The notes beneath the pieces were generated by a model. It did no database searches and had not been told where the DNA came from. It saw only the letters and a program-made list of their open reading frames with translations. This document shows, piece by piece, positions 28,777 to 38,080 of a stretch of 64,000 bases of DNA (its first letter is position 1; the number at the start of each line of letters is the position of its first letter). A program made the position numbers and the translations under genes. This stretch comes from a virus (Duplodnaviria > Caudoviricetes): the IMG/VR virus record IMGVR_UViG_3300031760_000001, positions 96,001-160,000 of that record; one strand, written 5' to 3'.

Positions 28777-29601
28777 TTATTTTACAAAGTAATCGTGTAA
28801 AGTACGTGGAATGTCGTCAAATTCATCGTTAATTATTTTGTCATTAACATTATCAACGTCACCCTTTGTAATTTGATACTGTGGGGCTTCATTGTTTGAC
28901 GTAATATTGTAATGATTGTTGATGTCCTCAAACTTATCCCAGAATTCCTCTGGCTTCTGGTCGAAAGGATTACCGCCAGCATTCAAACGGACATTCATAG
29001 TCTCTTCCTCGGTTGGGGTTCTTTTGATAAGTTCCCTCTTCAAATCAGAAATTTTCTGGTCGTTTGCATCAAGAGCTTTGGTAAATTTGTCAACCACATT
29101 CAGTAAAGTTGAAAGTTTTGAATCAACATCTTCCAACTGTTCTGCAGTCTGTTCTTGATTAGCTTTAAGTTCATCCTGTGCATTGGTGAGTTGGGTAATG
29201 TCCACAACATCATCGTCAGGACCTGGCTGACCGCCCATATCACCACCCATCATAGGGTCACCCATAACGTTAGGGTCACCACCGTCCATACCAGCGTTAG
29301 GTGCTAAATTAGCACCATCAATATCGCCACCTGGAGCAGGGGCACCACCCATAGCGTTAGGGTCACCACCTGGAGCAGGGGCACCACCCATAGCGTTAGG
29401 GTCACCACCTGGAGCAGGGGCACCACCCATAGCGTTAGGGTCACCACCCATAGCGTTAGGGTCGCCACCTGGAGCAGGAGCGCCGCCCATTGCATTTGGG
29501 TCACCACCCATAGCGTTAGGGTCATCATCCTCCATCACACCGTGATAGAATGAATATTCATAAAGCTGTTGCATTCTTTTTCTAGTTTCGTTCAAGTCCA
29601 T
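28777..29601 (-). CDS. Acidic, low-complexity and coiled-coil protein (possible head core/scaffold-like)
   Basis: GGDPNAMGGAPAP repeats followed by a predicted coiled coil (QDELKANQEQTAEQLEDVDSKLSTLL...ISDLKRELIKR). Confidence 0.6.
   Translation of the reverse strand: MDLNETRKRMQQLYEYSFYHGVMEDDDPNAMGGDPNAMGGAPAPGGDPNAMGGDPNAMGGAPAPGGDPNAMGGAPAPGGDPNAMGGAPAPGGDIDGANLAPNAGMDGGDPNVMGDPMMGGDMGGQPGPDDDVVDITQLTNAQDELKANQEQTAEQLEDVDSKLSTLLNVVDKFTKALDANDQKISDLKRELIKRTPTEEETMNVRLNAGGNPFDQKPEEFWDKFEDINNHYNITSNNEAPQYQITKGDVDNVNDKIINDEFDDIPRTLHDYFVK
29327..29525. repeat. Coding minisatellite of 39-bp and 21-bp units
   Basis: Three consecutive exact copies of ccacctggagcaggggcaccacccatagcgttagggtca, plus 21-bp ccacccatagcgttagggtca units and one degenerate 39-mer. 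Confidence 0.95.
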
Positions 29602-29602
29602 T

Positions 29603-29764
29603 TTAGTCAGTAAGCATTAACTTATTATCTTCAGTCAAAAGGATTGTACTGTTGCTAGTACGTTCATAAAGACCTTTGTCTTTCTTCATTACTTTAACCT
29701 TTCTCTCTGGAAGAGGCTGGTCATTGAGAATATTCTTAACATTTGTTAAAACATCTTTTTCCAT
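29603..29764 (-). CDS. Small hypothetical protein (start uncertain, 29764 or 29785)
   Basis: KVKVMKKDKGLYERTSNSTILLTEDNKLMLTD. Abuts the next gene. Confidence 0.65.
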   Translation of the reverse strand: MEKDVLTNVKNILNDQPLPERKVKVMKKDKGLYERTSNSTILLTEDNKLMLTD

Positions 29765-29768
29765 AACA

Positions 29769-30005
29769 TTAGTTGTTTTGTTCATTATTTTCGGTATTGT
29801 TATCAACCACTGGCACCGTTTCAACAGGCGCAGGTTTAGGTTTTCTGTTCTGTTTTTTCACAGACTCCTTCTCAGCCACAACAGGCTTAACTTCCTCAAC
29901 TGGTTTTGTTTCCTCTTTCCTCACCTCATGTATAATCCTGATGGGTGTCCTTGTATGGGTTTTCTTTTCCCTTACTGTTCTTTTAACTACATTCTTTTTT
30001 TTCAT
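29769..30005 (-). CDS. Small basic, low-complexity hypothetical protein
   Basis: K/R-rich N-terminus and E/P/V-rich C-terminus. Preceded by CTATTTATA. Confidence 0.6.
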   Translation of the reverse strand: MKKKNVVKRTVREKKTHTRTPIRIIHEVRKEETKPVEEVKPVVAEKESVKKQNRKPKPAPVETVPVVDNNTENNEQNN

Positions 30006-30054
30006 ATAATTATCCGTTATATATCTTATTATATAAATAGTACCTTTTTGAAAT

Positions 30055-30651
30055 TTAATTCAAATATGTGTGCAATATCGGAATATAATGTGTATTTCCA
30101 CCGATTACCTTTCTTAAATCTGATGTTATAAAGCTGGTATCATGTATATATTCAACGTTTTTCAACAACTTGAAAATTTTCTGTTTCCTTACTCCTAAAT
30201 ATTCACACAATTCCAATGATATCCCAAATACCGTACTGTATTTCTCACTGTATATGAACATAAAATTCGAGTTCCTGGTCAAGAAAACAAATTTCTTCGT
30301 GTTGTCGCGTAGAAACTTAATGACTTTCTTTATACTATTTAATTTATAATTGATTAAGTCAATATAAGTGTACTTGATTTTCTCCATCCCGTACAATATC
30401 ACGTATTTGTAGAAACTGATTATGTCATCCTCATACTCACATCTTCGCTCTGTCTTGGTGAATGTCCACCACACATTGTCATACTGTTTGGTTAATATAT
30501 TGAAACCATTTATATGTTTCCTGGCTTCCTCGACACCTATGATAAGTGTGGGAATACCCTCAATTGCCTCGTCAAACGACTTGACCACATTGAACATATC
30601 CCCAAACACGTTCCTTTTGCTTTTTGTTATTATATTCCCGATTTTCTTCAC
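30055..30651 (-). CDS. Hypothetical protein (probable GTG start at 30651)
   Basis: KKIGNIIT...IPTLIIG...WWTFTKTERR. The track's TTG start lies inside the TTGTATATT motif. Confidence 0.65.
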   Translation of the reverse strand: MKKIGNIITKSKRNVFGDMFNVVKSFDEAIEGIPTLIIGVEEARKHINGFNILTKQYDNVWWTFTKTERRCEYEDDIISFYKYVILYGMEKIKYTYIDLINYKLNSIKKVIKFLRDNTKKFVFLTRNSNFMFIYSEKYSTVFGISLELCEYLGVRKQKIFKLLKNVEYIHDTSFITSDLRKVIGGNTHYIPILHTYLN

Positions 30652-30678
30652 ATATATAATATACAAAAAATATATGAT

Positions 30679-33600
30679 TTATTGTAAATTGAATATATCT
30701 TTTAATTTCTCATTTCTGTCATCTCCGCTTATTGTAAAATATTTACCACTAGCATTAGCTATCATAAAATGACCTCTATTACCCAAATCTTTCCTATATG
30801 AAATATGCATAAAATCAATTTTTTGTTTATCTAAACATTCTTTAATTTTATCAATATTAGTAGGGCGAATACTTTCTGGTGGGTAAACAATAAACTGGTC
30901 AAACGCCATCCCACGAGCAATAATCAATTCACTAATTATACTTCTTACAAAATTATAATTATCGGGATATCGATTTCCAAGAACCTGAAAATCACTAGCT
31001 CTTCCTAACCTATGGTCACTCTTTTTTGATGCACCTTTAATGGTATTATTATACTTTTCACATCTATATCCTGAGGTTAAATGCCATTTAATGGATGGAA
31101 ATGATTTATAAATTGGTAATAAAACATTATTAACTAAATTTTTTAGATTTGTTATTATCGTGTCGCTTGATACATCACAGTCACCTGTATATACTCCATT
31201 ACTAAACAATCGTATAGTATCTCCACCATTATCTAACGCAGCTCTTGACAACTTATTTCCAACCAATTCAAAACTAGCACCCATGTTCGGTCCATTAATT
31301 GTAAATGGTGTAATCTCTTCACTGTCAACTATAGGTAAACCGTCGCCTCCAACAAAAGGTATTATATTTGAAGTATTGGTATTTGAAGTAGTATTTGTAT
31401 TTGGTATTTCAACACGGTTCTGATATGACGATGATGTGCTGGTCTGGTTTATATTTAATGATTTACAATTAGCGAACCAAACAATAGAATCACTTTCCAA
31501 TGACAGTCTACTTCTGGATAACGCTATTACTTGTATACCATCAGTTTGATTATATATTTTATTACCAGTTCTACTCAATCCTTCAGCCACATATTGGGTA
31601 TCGCCGTGGTATCCGAGATATATAGCAACATGGTCTGGTTTTACAGATGTTTTACTAGATACTTTGTTATCATGATATCCGAATAACAAATCACCAACCA
31701 CTGGTCTCACATTACCACCAACACTTCTATCACCCATGACCATATTAGCAAACGTAAAGTTGGTTATTACGGGTGAAAATAAAGTAACCGTCCAATTTTT
31801 GGTGTCTTTCTCTAATAATTGTAACATATTAGGTGTATTTTCATTTTCCCTATGATATACCAAATCACCAGTAATCAGTTCACCTTTAACTTTCTTAAGT
31901 TTTTTCGAATTTTTAAGTGTAGCATAAACATTAGTAACAAAGGTATCACAATATTTATTTTTTCCTAGATTCTGAACTATTGCGTCAGAAAGTTTATCAT
32001 CTTCTATGTCAATCATGATTTGATTTCCGTTCTTATCAATAGCTTGAATTTGTTTACCGTTAACGGACTCATCCATTCCTGGTTTAGGTGGAACTGATTT
32101 ATATTTACTGGCTTTTGCAACCCACTCTTTTGTATAAGGGGTCTGTACCTTTGACATTTTCATACCAGTAAATGTAGTTGTCATATTCCCTGGTGTTATC
32201 CTGTGTTCAACCTTTATAATCATATAAGTACCCCTGAACATCGGAACATTCATTAACTGGAAATACATAAGAGGTTGGATTTGGGCATCACCCATCATTT
32301 CAATAGTAACTAAATAAGAATAGGCTTGATACACTGAATATATATCCTGACCATAGAATGTTATGTTATGTCTTTCACTGTTACCTTTATTTGCTATATA
32401 TGCCTCAGCCCGAACAACTTGTTCTGTGACACTGAAGTTATCCATAGTGATTTGTATGTTCTTCCAAAGTGAATTGTTCTGTCTTGAATAAGCAACGCCA
32501 AATGCTGGGACTTTATACCCCATTCTAGCATTTGATGTCAATCGAACCATGTCATATTCGTTATCGTTATATTTAAAAATCGATGGAGCGGCTCCAATAC
32601 CTTCTTCAAATGACCATATATCAAAAGAATCATGGATAAAATTGGTTCGGTCAACTGTATCAAGTTTATTAGCCCCATGTGTATAAACAACTGTGAATTT
32701 ATTTGCATCTTCTGCATCACATACTTGATTTTGTGGTAACGGTGTGAAAATGTCTTTCATATTTTGCACCATATTTATCTCTTTATTTACACCACGCCTA
32801 TCTATTTCAGCAAAATTCACATTATCTGGGAAATTGAAAAGCATACACATATGTTTAGCAGCCACACCGCCTAAATAAGATATTGTGGACCTACCTAAAT
32901 ATGTCTGAACATTGTCTTGGTTATTATAAAAATCATATAAAACTTTACAGTTCAATTTCAAAACATCATAAATGTTATTATAAAAACTGTCAATAAAAAC
33001 AAAATTATTATCAAAAAAGTTCTCAACATTGAACATATTCAAACTATTACCAGCCTTGCTGTTGTAATAATTGCAAAGCCATCTATCCCATATATTTTTT
33101 AATGTGTGGTATATCTCACACTTAAAATCCCTGACATCTTTATCCTCTACATCAACCTTTTCATCAATAGCTTGTTGTTCAACAATTATTTTACCACATG
33201 CTGTCAGCATTTCATTAAATCCTTGAAAATAATTTTTCAAAGTATTTTTCTTAATGCCGTTAGGATTTGAATCCATACTCGGTATTGTCACCAGTAAATA
33301 CTCATTGTCATAAATTAGTTTGTATATATTACTTATCATATTTTCATCTGTAAAATATGTAAATAATAAATCGAAAGCAATGTAACCAAACTTATAATTA
33401 TTTCTAAAATTAGATAATGTAAATTTTTGAGTACCGAATTGCATGCCACCCATCAATGCATTGGTAACATCCCCAATTGTAGTAATTCTTTCTAAATCTT
33501 TAAGACTAGTGAGTTCATTGATTATTGTTTTTATATCTGTACCAGTCAAATCGGTTTCTCTATTATTAACTATTTTCTTTAATTCACAACATCTTTTAAC

Positions 33601-34182
33601 TTCCTGAAAACCGTTATTAACAAATTCCTCAAATAGTTCTAATAATTTATTTTCTATTACACTGTCATTATTAACTTTTAAAAAGTTATCAAGTTTGTTA
33701 TAATCTGTATCTACTCCACCAATACCAGATGTGATAAAAAATGAGTAAGTATCTTTATCGTTTTCACATAATAACACACAATCATTTTCTGGATATAAAT
33801 AACACAAATCATTACCTTCTTTATAAAGTATCGGGTCTTTGTGATTTTTTTCGATGTATTTTTTTCGCCACAATATTCCACCTAAAAACAATAAATAACC
33901 ATACGGAATGGTTTCAATACCACCAATTGGATTTTTTCTATTAAAGCAGGTAAATTCATCTTTAATATTATAAGTAAAAGGTAATGTATGTAAAAACAAC
34001 AGACATTTACATTTATCTCTTCTACCATCCTCTTGCTCTGTTTCTGGTATTTGATTCTGTATGTAATATATTGAATGTGAGAATAAATTAACCGATTTAT
34101 ATACTGTGCTTGTACCATTATAACTTGCAAGGACAGGGCAATCGTGTACATATAATATTTCATTTGAATTATTATCTGCCAT
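30679..34182 (-). CDS. Baseplate hub/spike-like protein with NlpC/P60-like and peptidase M15 domains
   Basis: VgrG/gp27-like C-terminal hub motif MMGDAQIQPLMYFQLMNVPMFRGTYMIIKVEHRITPGNMTTTFTG. Then YCDTFV...GDLLFG...DHVAIYLG (Cys/His). Then TSGYRC..YN..IKGASKKSDHRLGRASDF...FDQ...HISY (M15 Zn peptidase). Confidence 0.8.
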   Translation of the reverse strand: MADNNSNEILYVHDCPVLASYNGTSTVYKSVNLFSHSIYYIQNQIPETEQEDGRRDKCKCLLFLHTLPFTYNIKDEFTCFNRKNPIGGIETIPYGYLLFLGGILWRKKYIEKNHKDPILYKEGNDLCYLYPENDCVLLCENDKDTYSFFITSGIGGVDTDYNKLDNFLKVNNDSVIENKLLELFEEFVNNGFQEVKRCCELKKIVNNRETDLTGTDIKTIINELTSLKDLERITTIGDVTNALMGGMQFGTQKFTLSNFRNNYKFGYIAFDLLFTYFTDENMISNIYKLIYDNEYLLVTIPSMDSNPNGIKKNTLKNYFQGFNEMLTACGKIIVEQQAIDEKVDVEDKDVRDFKCEIYHTLKNIWDRWLCNYYNSKAGNSLNMFNVENFFDNNFVFIDSFYNNIYDVLKLNCKVLYDFYNNQDNVQTYLGRSTISYLGGVAAKHMCMLFNFPDNVNFAEIDRRGVNKEINMVQNMKDIFTPLPQNQVCDAEDANKFTVVYTHGANKLDTVDRTNFIHDSFDIWSFEEGIGAAPSIFKYNDNEYDMVRLTSNARMGYKVPAFGVAYSRQNNSLWKNIQITMDNFSVTEQVVRAEAYIANKGNSERHNITFYGQDIYSVYQAYSYLVTIEMMGDAQIQPLMYFQLMNVPMFRGTYMIIKVEHRITPGNMTTTFTGMKMSKVQTPYTKEWVAKASKYKSVPPKPGMDESVNGKQIQAIDKNGNQIMIDIEDDKLSDAIVQNLGKNKYCDTFVTNVYATLKNSKKLKKVKGELITGDLVYHRENENTPNMLQLLEKDTKNWTVTLFSPVITNFTFANMVMGDRSVGGNVRPVVGDLLFGYHDNKVSSKTSVKPDHVAIYLGYHGDTQYVAEGLSRTGNKIYNQTDGIQVIALSRSRLSLESDSIVWFANCKSLNINQTSTSSSYQNRVEIPNTNTTSNTNTSNIIPFVGGDGLPIVDSEEITPFTINGPNMGASFELVGNKLSRAALDNGGDTIRLFSNGVYTGDCDVSSDTIITNLKNLVNNVLLPIYKSFPSIKWHLTSGYRCEKYNNTIKGASKKSDHRLGRASDFQVLGNRYPDNYNFVRSIISELIIARGMAFDQFIVYPPESIRPTNIDKIKECLDKQKIDFMHISYRKDLGNRGHFMIANASGKYFTISGDDRNEKLKDIFNLQ

Positions 34183-37064
34183 TAGTGTAGGTATTTTTGA
34201 ATATTATTTAATTTATTTATATCTGACAAAGACACATCATTAATTTTATTAATATCAATTTGGTATGTGCGTATTGTTTTATTATAATCACTGTATTTTA
34301 TAAAACTTGCCCAAGCAGTCTCATGATATATTTCATATCTGGCTTTATCAACTAATACACAATTTTTTAAAATGTTAACATATTCTTTTGATAATTTTTT
34401 ACCAATCTTTACATTTCCTTTAGTAAAATCATTATACAAATTTTGTATTATATTAACCATATTTGTGTCAAATAAACCAAATTGGTTTGTTTTATTGTAT
34501 TTGGAAACTTTGGTATTTGTTGAACCATTAACTATGAACGTGTTTGCGCTTTCTGGATACCTTGGCGTTATATTTTCATTTTCGTCAATATTATATTCAG
34601 CTTGTATTGGATTCGAATTTTGTATTGAACGTACTGAAGACACAGGAATAAATTCCAAATCAGATAACTTGGTTGTTATATAATTATATTTCAAATAATC
34701 TTTATCTTTAATAGGGATAAATATAGGGTGTCTTCCGTTATATCTATGAGTAAACTCATATTCGTATTGTGTTTGATTACTCAAAAACGCATCTTCACCA
34801 ACAGTTGAATTATATAAATATGCCCCTAAATCAGGGATAGTGTTTAATTTTGATACAATCCCATTACCACTAGCCTCATTTTTAGCAAAAATATAAGCAT
34901 TATATTCTCCCCATTTTTTTGCGTTTTCTGGATTTATGTCACTATCTTGTAAAATATGTAACGTAATCTCAGCTTGAAGAGCGATAAATAACAAAGCGCC
35001 ATCCACAGTATCATATGCGTATCCTGGTATATCATAAATAAATGTAAATGGATTAAAATCTTTATTATTGTAACTACCTGTTTGTGTATTAAACGTACCT
35101 AAAGTATCACCATTACCACTCCCATCATTAATAGCAGCTTTATATATTTCATCAACCATTCTTTTCTCAACCCAATGACCCCTGAAATCACCTATCCATA
35201 CATCTTTAACAATATCATTTGAATGTTGTGGGTCATTACCGTTAAGGTCGTTGTCAGCTTCAGCCGTTGTGTTATATCCCTTGTACACAGCAGGAAATGG
35301 TGGAACACCTTTAGAAAACGTATCTGAAGGTGCGTCTGTTGATAAATCTAAGCTTTTTATACCTAATAATTCTGGTTTTCGCCTACCAGCATCAATATCT
35401 TTATAGATTTGCTGTACTGATTCGTTAAAAAACGCAACAAATGTTTCCAAATGACACATCACCATTTTATAGAATCTTCCGATATACGGAAGTACCTGTA
35501 TTTTTTGCATCATCCAGTCTTGACTATTGGATTCTAGGTTATACAATAGATTTGTATATTCATTATTCAATTGTAAAATTTTATTATTAAGTTCAGCTTC
35601 ACCTCCACCAAAAGTAATTACATTTGCAAATGTATAAAATTTATTTTTTAGTGTAAACCATAATCTTTTACTTAATTCTGTATATAATTTTGAAGCAACA
35701 CTTTCCGTTATTGTATACGTTTCATTATTGTAAAATTTATTTAATTGGGCTCCAACCGCTGATAAATTACTATCTAACAATTTATCCTTTTGGGTATTAG
35801 ATTCTGTTGAAACTAATATTTCTGTATCATTATTCACAAAATTTGTAAACAATACATCACCACTAACCCAATCAGTATCGTTACTTGTTACAAAATTGGG
35901 TATAATATCTGATGAAATACCACCACTATCAGATGAATATGATGCATTATAAGTTTCAACAAGTTTTTTAATTTCATTACGTTGATTACATATATCCTGT
36001 GTAACACGGTATCTGTTACTATTGTTAAATATTATAAAAACACTTTCACTGTCACTATCTGTGCAATCAATAGTATATACACTTTCAAAAGTGTTTTTAA
36101 GGTTATTCTGAAACTCCAATAAACTGGTTTTTATTTCATTTAGTAAGTTTATCTGTTGTTGAATACCTGTTAATACTGTTGCCTTTGTATTGTTACCCTC
36201 TAATAAATCAGTATTACCATCGGTCTTTGCCATTTCACTTTTAATAGCTTCAAAAAATTCATATAATGGTCTGGGTTTTGCTCCATTATTATCCAACGCC
36301 CATTTCTCAGAATTAACATGTTCATTCCAATATTTTCCACCAAAAACTGTTTTTGGCGCATAAACCAACAAACTAAATGGAATATCACCAAGAAGTCCAT
36401 ATTCATAACCAATAAATTGAACTGTTATTTCAAAATTACCTGTCTGGGAATTGAAATTACCGTTAAAACTGCTACAAGTTAATTGAAAAGTAACTGGTTT
36501 ACCATAGAAACCTTTCACTTGTAATTTAAACTTTGGATAAGGAAATGATACAAAACAAGCATAAAAATTGTCTATAATTTTGTTTTCCTTGTCTCTGGAC
36601 AGATTTTTCAATTGTCCGTATTCATCATGTGTTGCCTCTTCCCTGCCAAAAAAACCGCCACCACGTATATCAATGAATTTTATCGTAACCTGTGGTGACT
36701 GATAGTTTACAAAATTAATATCTATATTTTCAATTTGCAACCCCTCGATTATTGTACGGTCTTTTATCTCACTATAATCAATATTAGTATAATCAGTTGT
36801 TAAAAAATTATAATCACCAATTTCCTTTCCACTAAAAAACGAATGATTACCGTCTGCACTAGTTAAATTCCATGATATATAAAAATTGTTATTATTACCA
36901 CTTTGCTGATATGTGTCTTTATTAGCACGAGTACTTCCCTCAACAATCAAATTACACCATATAGTGAAATCAGTATAATCTGGTGTTAAAGGTACACCGT
37001 TTATATTACCCCTTACATCATTGGGGTCAACATAACATATTCTATTGCCTTTACCGTATTCCAT
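34182..37064 (-). CDS. Baseplate hub-like structural protein, 960 aa
   Basis: GLQIENIDINF...PQVTIKFIDIRG...FPYPKFKLQVKGFYGKPV...FNSQTGNFEITVQFIGY. TAATG-coupled to the downstream hub/lysin gene. Confidence 0.65.
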   Translation of the reverse strand: MEYGKGNRICYVDPNDVRGNINGVPLTPDYTDFTIWCNLIVEGSTRANKDTYQQSGNNNNFYISWNLTSADGNHSFFSGKEIGDYNFLTTDYTNIDYSEIKDRTIIEGLQIENIDINFVNYQSPQVTIKFIDIRGGGFFGREEATHDEYGQLKNLSRDKENKIIDNFYACFVSFPYPKFKLQVKGFYGKPVTFQLTCSSFNGNFNSQTGNFEITVQFIGYEYGLLGDIPFSLLVYAPKTVFGGKYWNEHVNSEKWALDNNGAKPRPLYEFFEAIKSEMAKTDGNTDLLEGNNTKATVLTGIQQQINLLNEIKTSLLEFQNNLKNTFESVYTIDCTDSDSESVFIIFNNSNRYRVTQDICNQRNEIKKLVETYNASYSSDSGGISSDIIPNFVTSNDTDWVSGDVLFTNFVNNDTEILVSTESNTQKDKLLDSNLSAVGAQLNKFYNNETYTITESVASKLYTELSKRLWFTLKNKFYTFANVITFGGGEAELNNKILQLNNEYTNLLYNLESNSQDWMMQKIQVLPYIGRFYKMVMCHLETFVAFFNESVQQIYKDIDAGRRKPELLGIKSLDLSTDAPSDTFSKGVPPFPAVYKGYNTTAEADNDLNGNDPQHSNDIVKDVWIGDFRGHWVEKRMVDEIYKAAINDGSGNGDTLGTFNTQTGSYNNKDFNPFTFIYDIPGYAYDTVDGALLFIALQAEITLHILQDSDINPENAKKWGEYNAYIFAKNEASGNGIVSKLNTIPDLGAYLYNSTVGEDAFLSNQTQYEYEFTHRYNGRHPIFIPIKDKDYLKYNYITTKLSDLEFIPVSSVRSIQNSNPIQAEYNIDENENITPRYPESANTFIVNGSTNTKVSKYNKTNQFGLFDTNMVNIIQNLYNDFTKGNVKIGKKLSKEYVNILKNCVLVDKARYEIYHETAWASFIKYSDYNKTIRTYQIDINKINDVSLSDINKLNNIQKYLH

Positions 37065-37066
37065 GA

Positions 37067-37390
37067 TTAATCTGTATGTTCATTTAACCAAATATTAAGT
37101 GAGCTTTCATATCTCGAAATTGCTGAATCCAACGGATAAGGTATTCTCAATTCAATACCGCTTGGTATTGAGAATTCAAAACCGCTGTATTCTGGGTTTG
37201 CTTGCAATATTAACCAAGCATAATTTGGGTCACCATAATATTTGTATGACAACATATCCATCCTCATCCTGGATTTATCATATGTTACATATATATCACT
37301 GGCAACATTTGGTATCTTGGCAAACGGCACTCTTGCAAATACCTGACCATCTTTAATTAATTTACTGTAACGATTATAATATTCTGCCAT
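37067..37390 (-). CDS. LysM-like baseplate wedge protein (gp53/tail X-like)
   Basis: RMDMLSYKYYGDPNYAWLILQANP...IPSGIELRIP. Confidence 0.85.
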   Translation of the reverse strand: MAEYYNRYSKLIKDGQVFARVPFAKIPNVASDIYVTYDKSRMRMDMLSYKYYGDPNYAWLILQANPEYSGFEFSIPSGIELRIPYPLDSAISRYESSLNIWLNEHTD

Positions 37391-37430
37391 AATACTTATT
37401 ATTATATATAATATAATTATTTATACAATA

Positions 37431-37464
37431 AAAAACAAGGGGGTTATTCATCACCCCCTTTTTT
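37431..37464 (-). terminator. Putative terminator at the end of the PRTase gene
   Basis: aaggggg-ttattcatca-ccccctt stem with A/T runs on both sides. Confidence 0.55.
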
Positions 37465-38080
37465 CATTTTCTTTATATAAACGCCGTCTTTTCGGATATA
37501 TACTCCTGATGACATCATATGAATTGTTCTTCGGGTTCTCAACTGCCCCTAACGTAAGCAACCAGGCATCAACTCCATAAACTTGTTTAATTACATCTTT
37601 CGCTTGTTCATATGTTGCTCCACTGTCAATAACATTGTCAATTAAAATGACATTCCTTGCTGACTGTAGCATATTTTTTACATTATCATCATTAACAACT
37701 TGAAATTCAAGGTTGATTTTAGACACATCAACACCCATTTTCTTCTGTTTGTACAACATTTCCCTTGGTTTACTGGACAATATATCCAAAACTTTTGATT
37801 TCGTCCGTTTGGCTATGAAATTTGCTAATTTAAGTGTGTATGTCGCATACCCGTTATGTGACGGTATTGGTATCAGAACTGAATTCACTGGTACGTATTT
37901 CATCATTATCAATGAAGCCTGGTCAATTGCGTCAATGTCACCATCCTTGACACCATGTGCCAAAGCTCTTACTGAACCATAGCTAGCGCCAAGACAAGCA
38001 CTTGTCTCATTCAACACCGATTTGACAATTTCGGTTATCAATTGGTGTAACCTAGATTCGGAAATTAACATTTTTTTCAT
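37451..38080 (-). CDS. Type I phosphoribosyltransferase (ComF-like) with an N-terminal leader
   Basis: VLIPIPSH and PRPP-loop NVILIDNVIDSGATY (canonical ILxDDVxxTGAT). N-terminal MKKMLISESRLHQLITEIVKSVLNE extension. Confidence 0.8.
   Translation of the reverse strand: MKKMLISESRLHQLITEIVKSVLNETSACLGASYGSVRALAHGVKDGDIDAIDQASLIMMKYVPVNSVLIPIPSHNGYATYTLKLANFIAKRTKSKVLDILSSKPREMLYKQKKMGVDVSKINLEFQVVNDDNVKNMLQSARNVILIDNVIDSGATYEQAKDVIKQVYGVDAWLLTLGAVENPKNNSYDVIRSIYPKRRRLYKENEKRG

Noticed and set aside
29327-29525. Possible CRISPR array
   Set aside because: Units are directly adjacent with no unique spacers, have lengths divisible by three and encode an in-frame peptide repeat.
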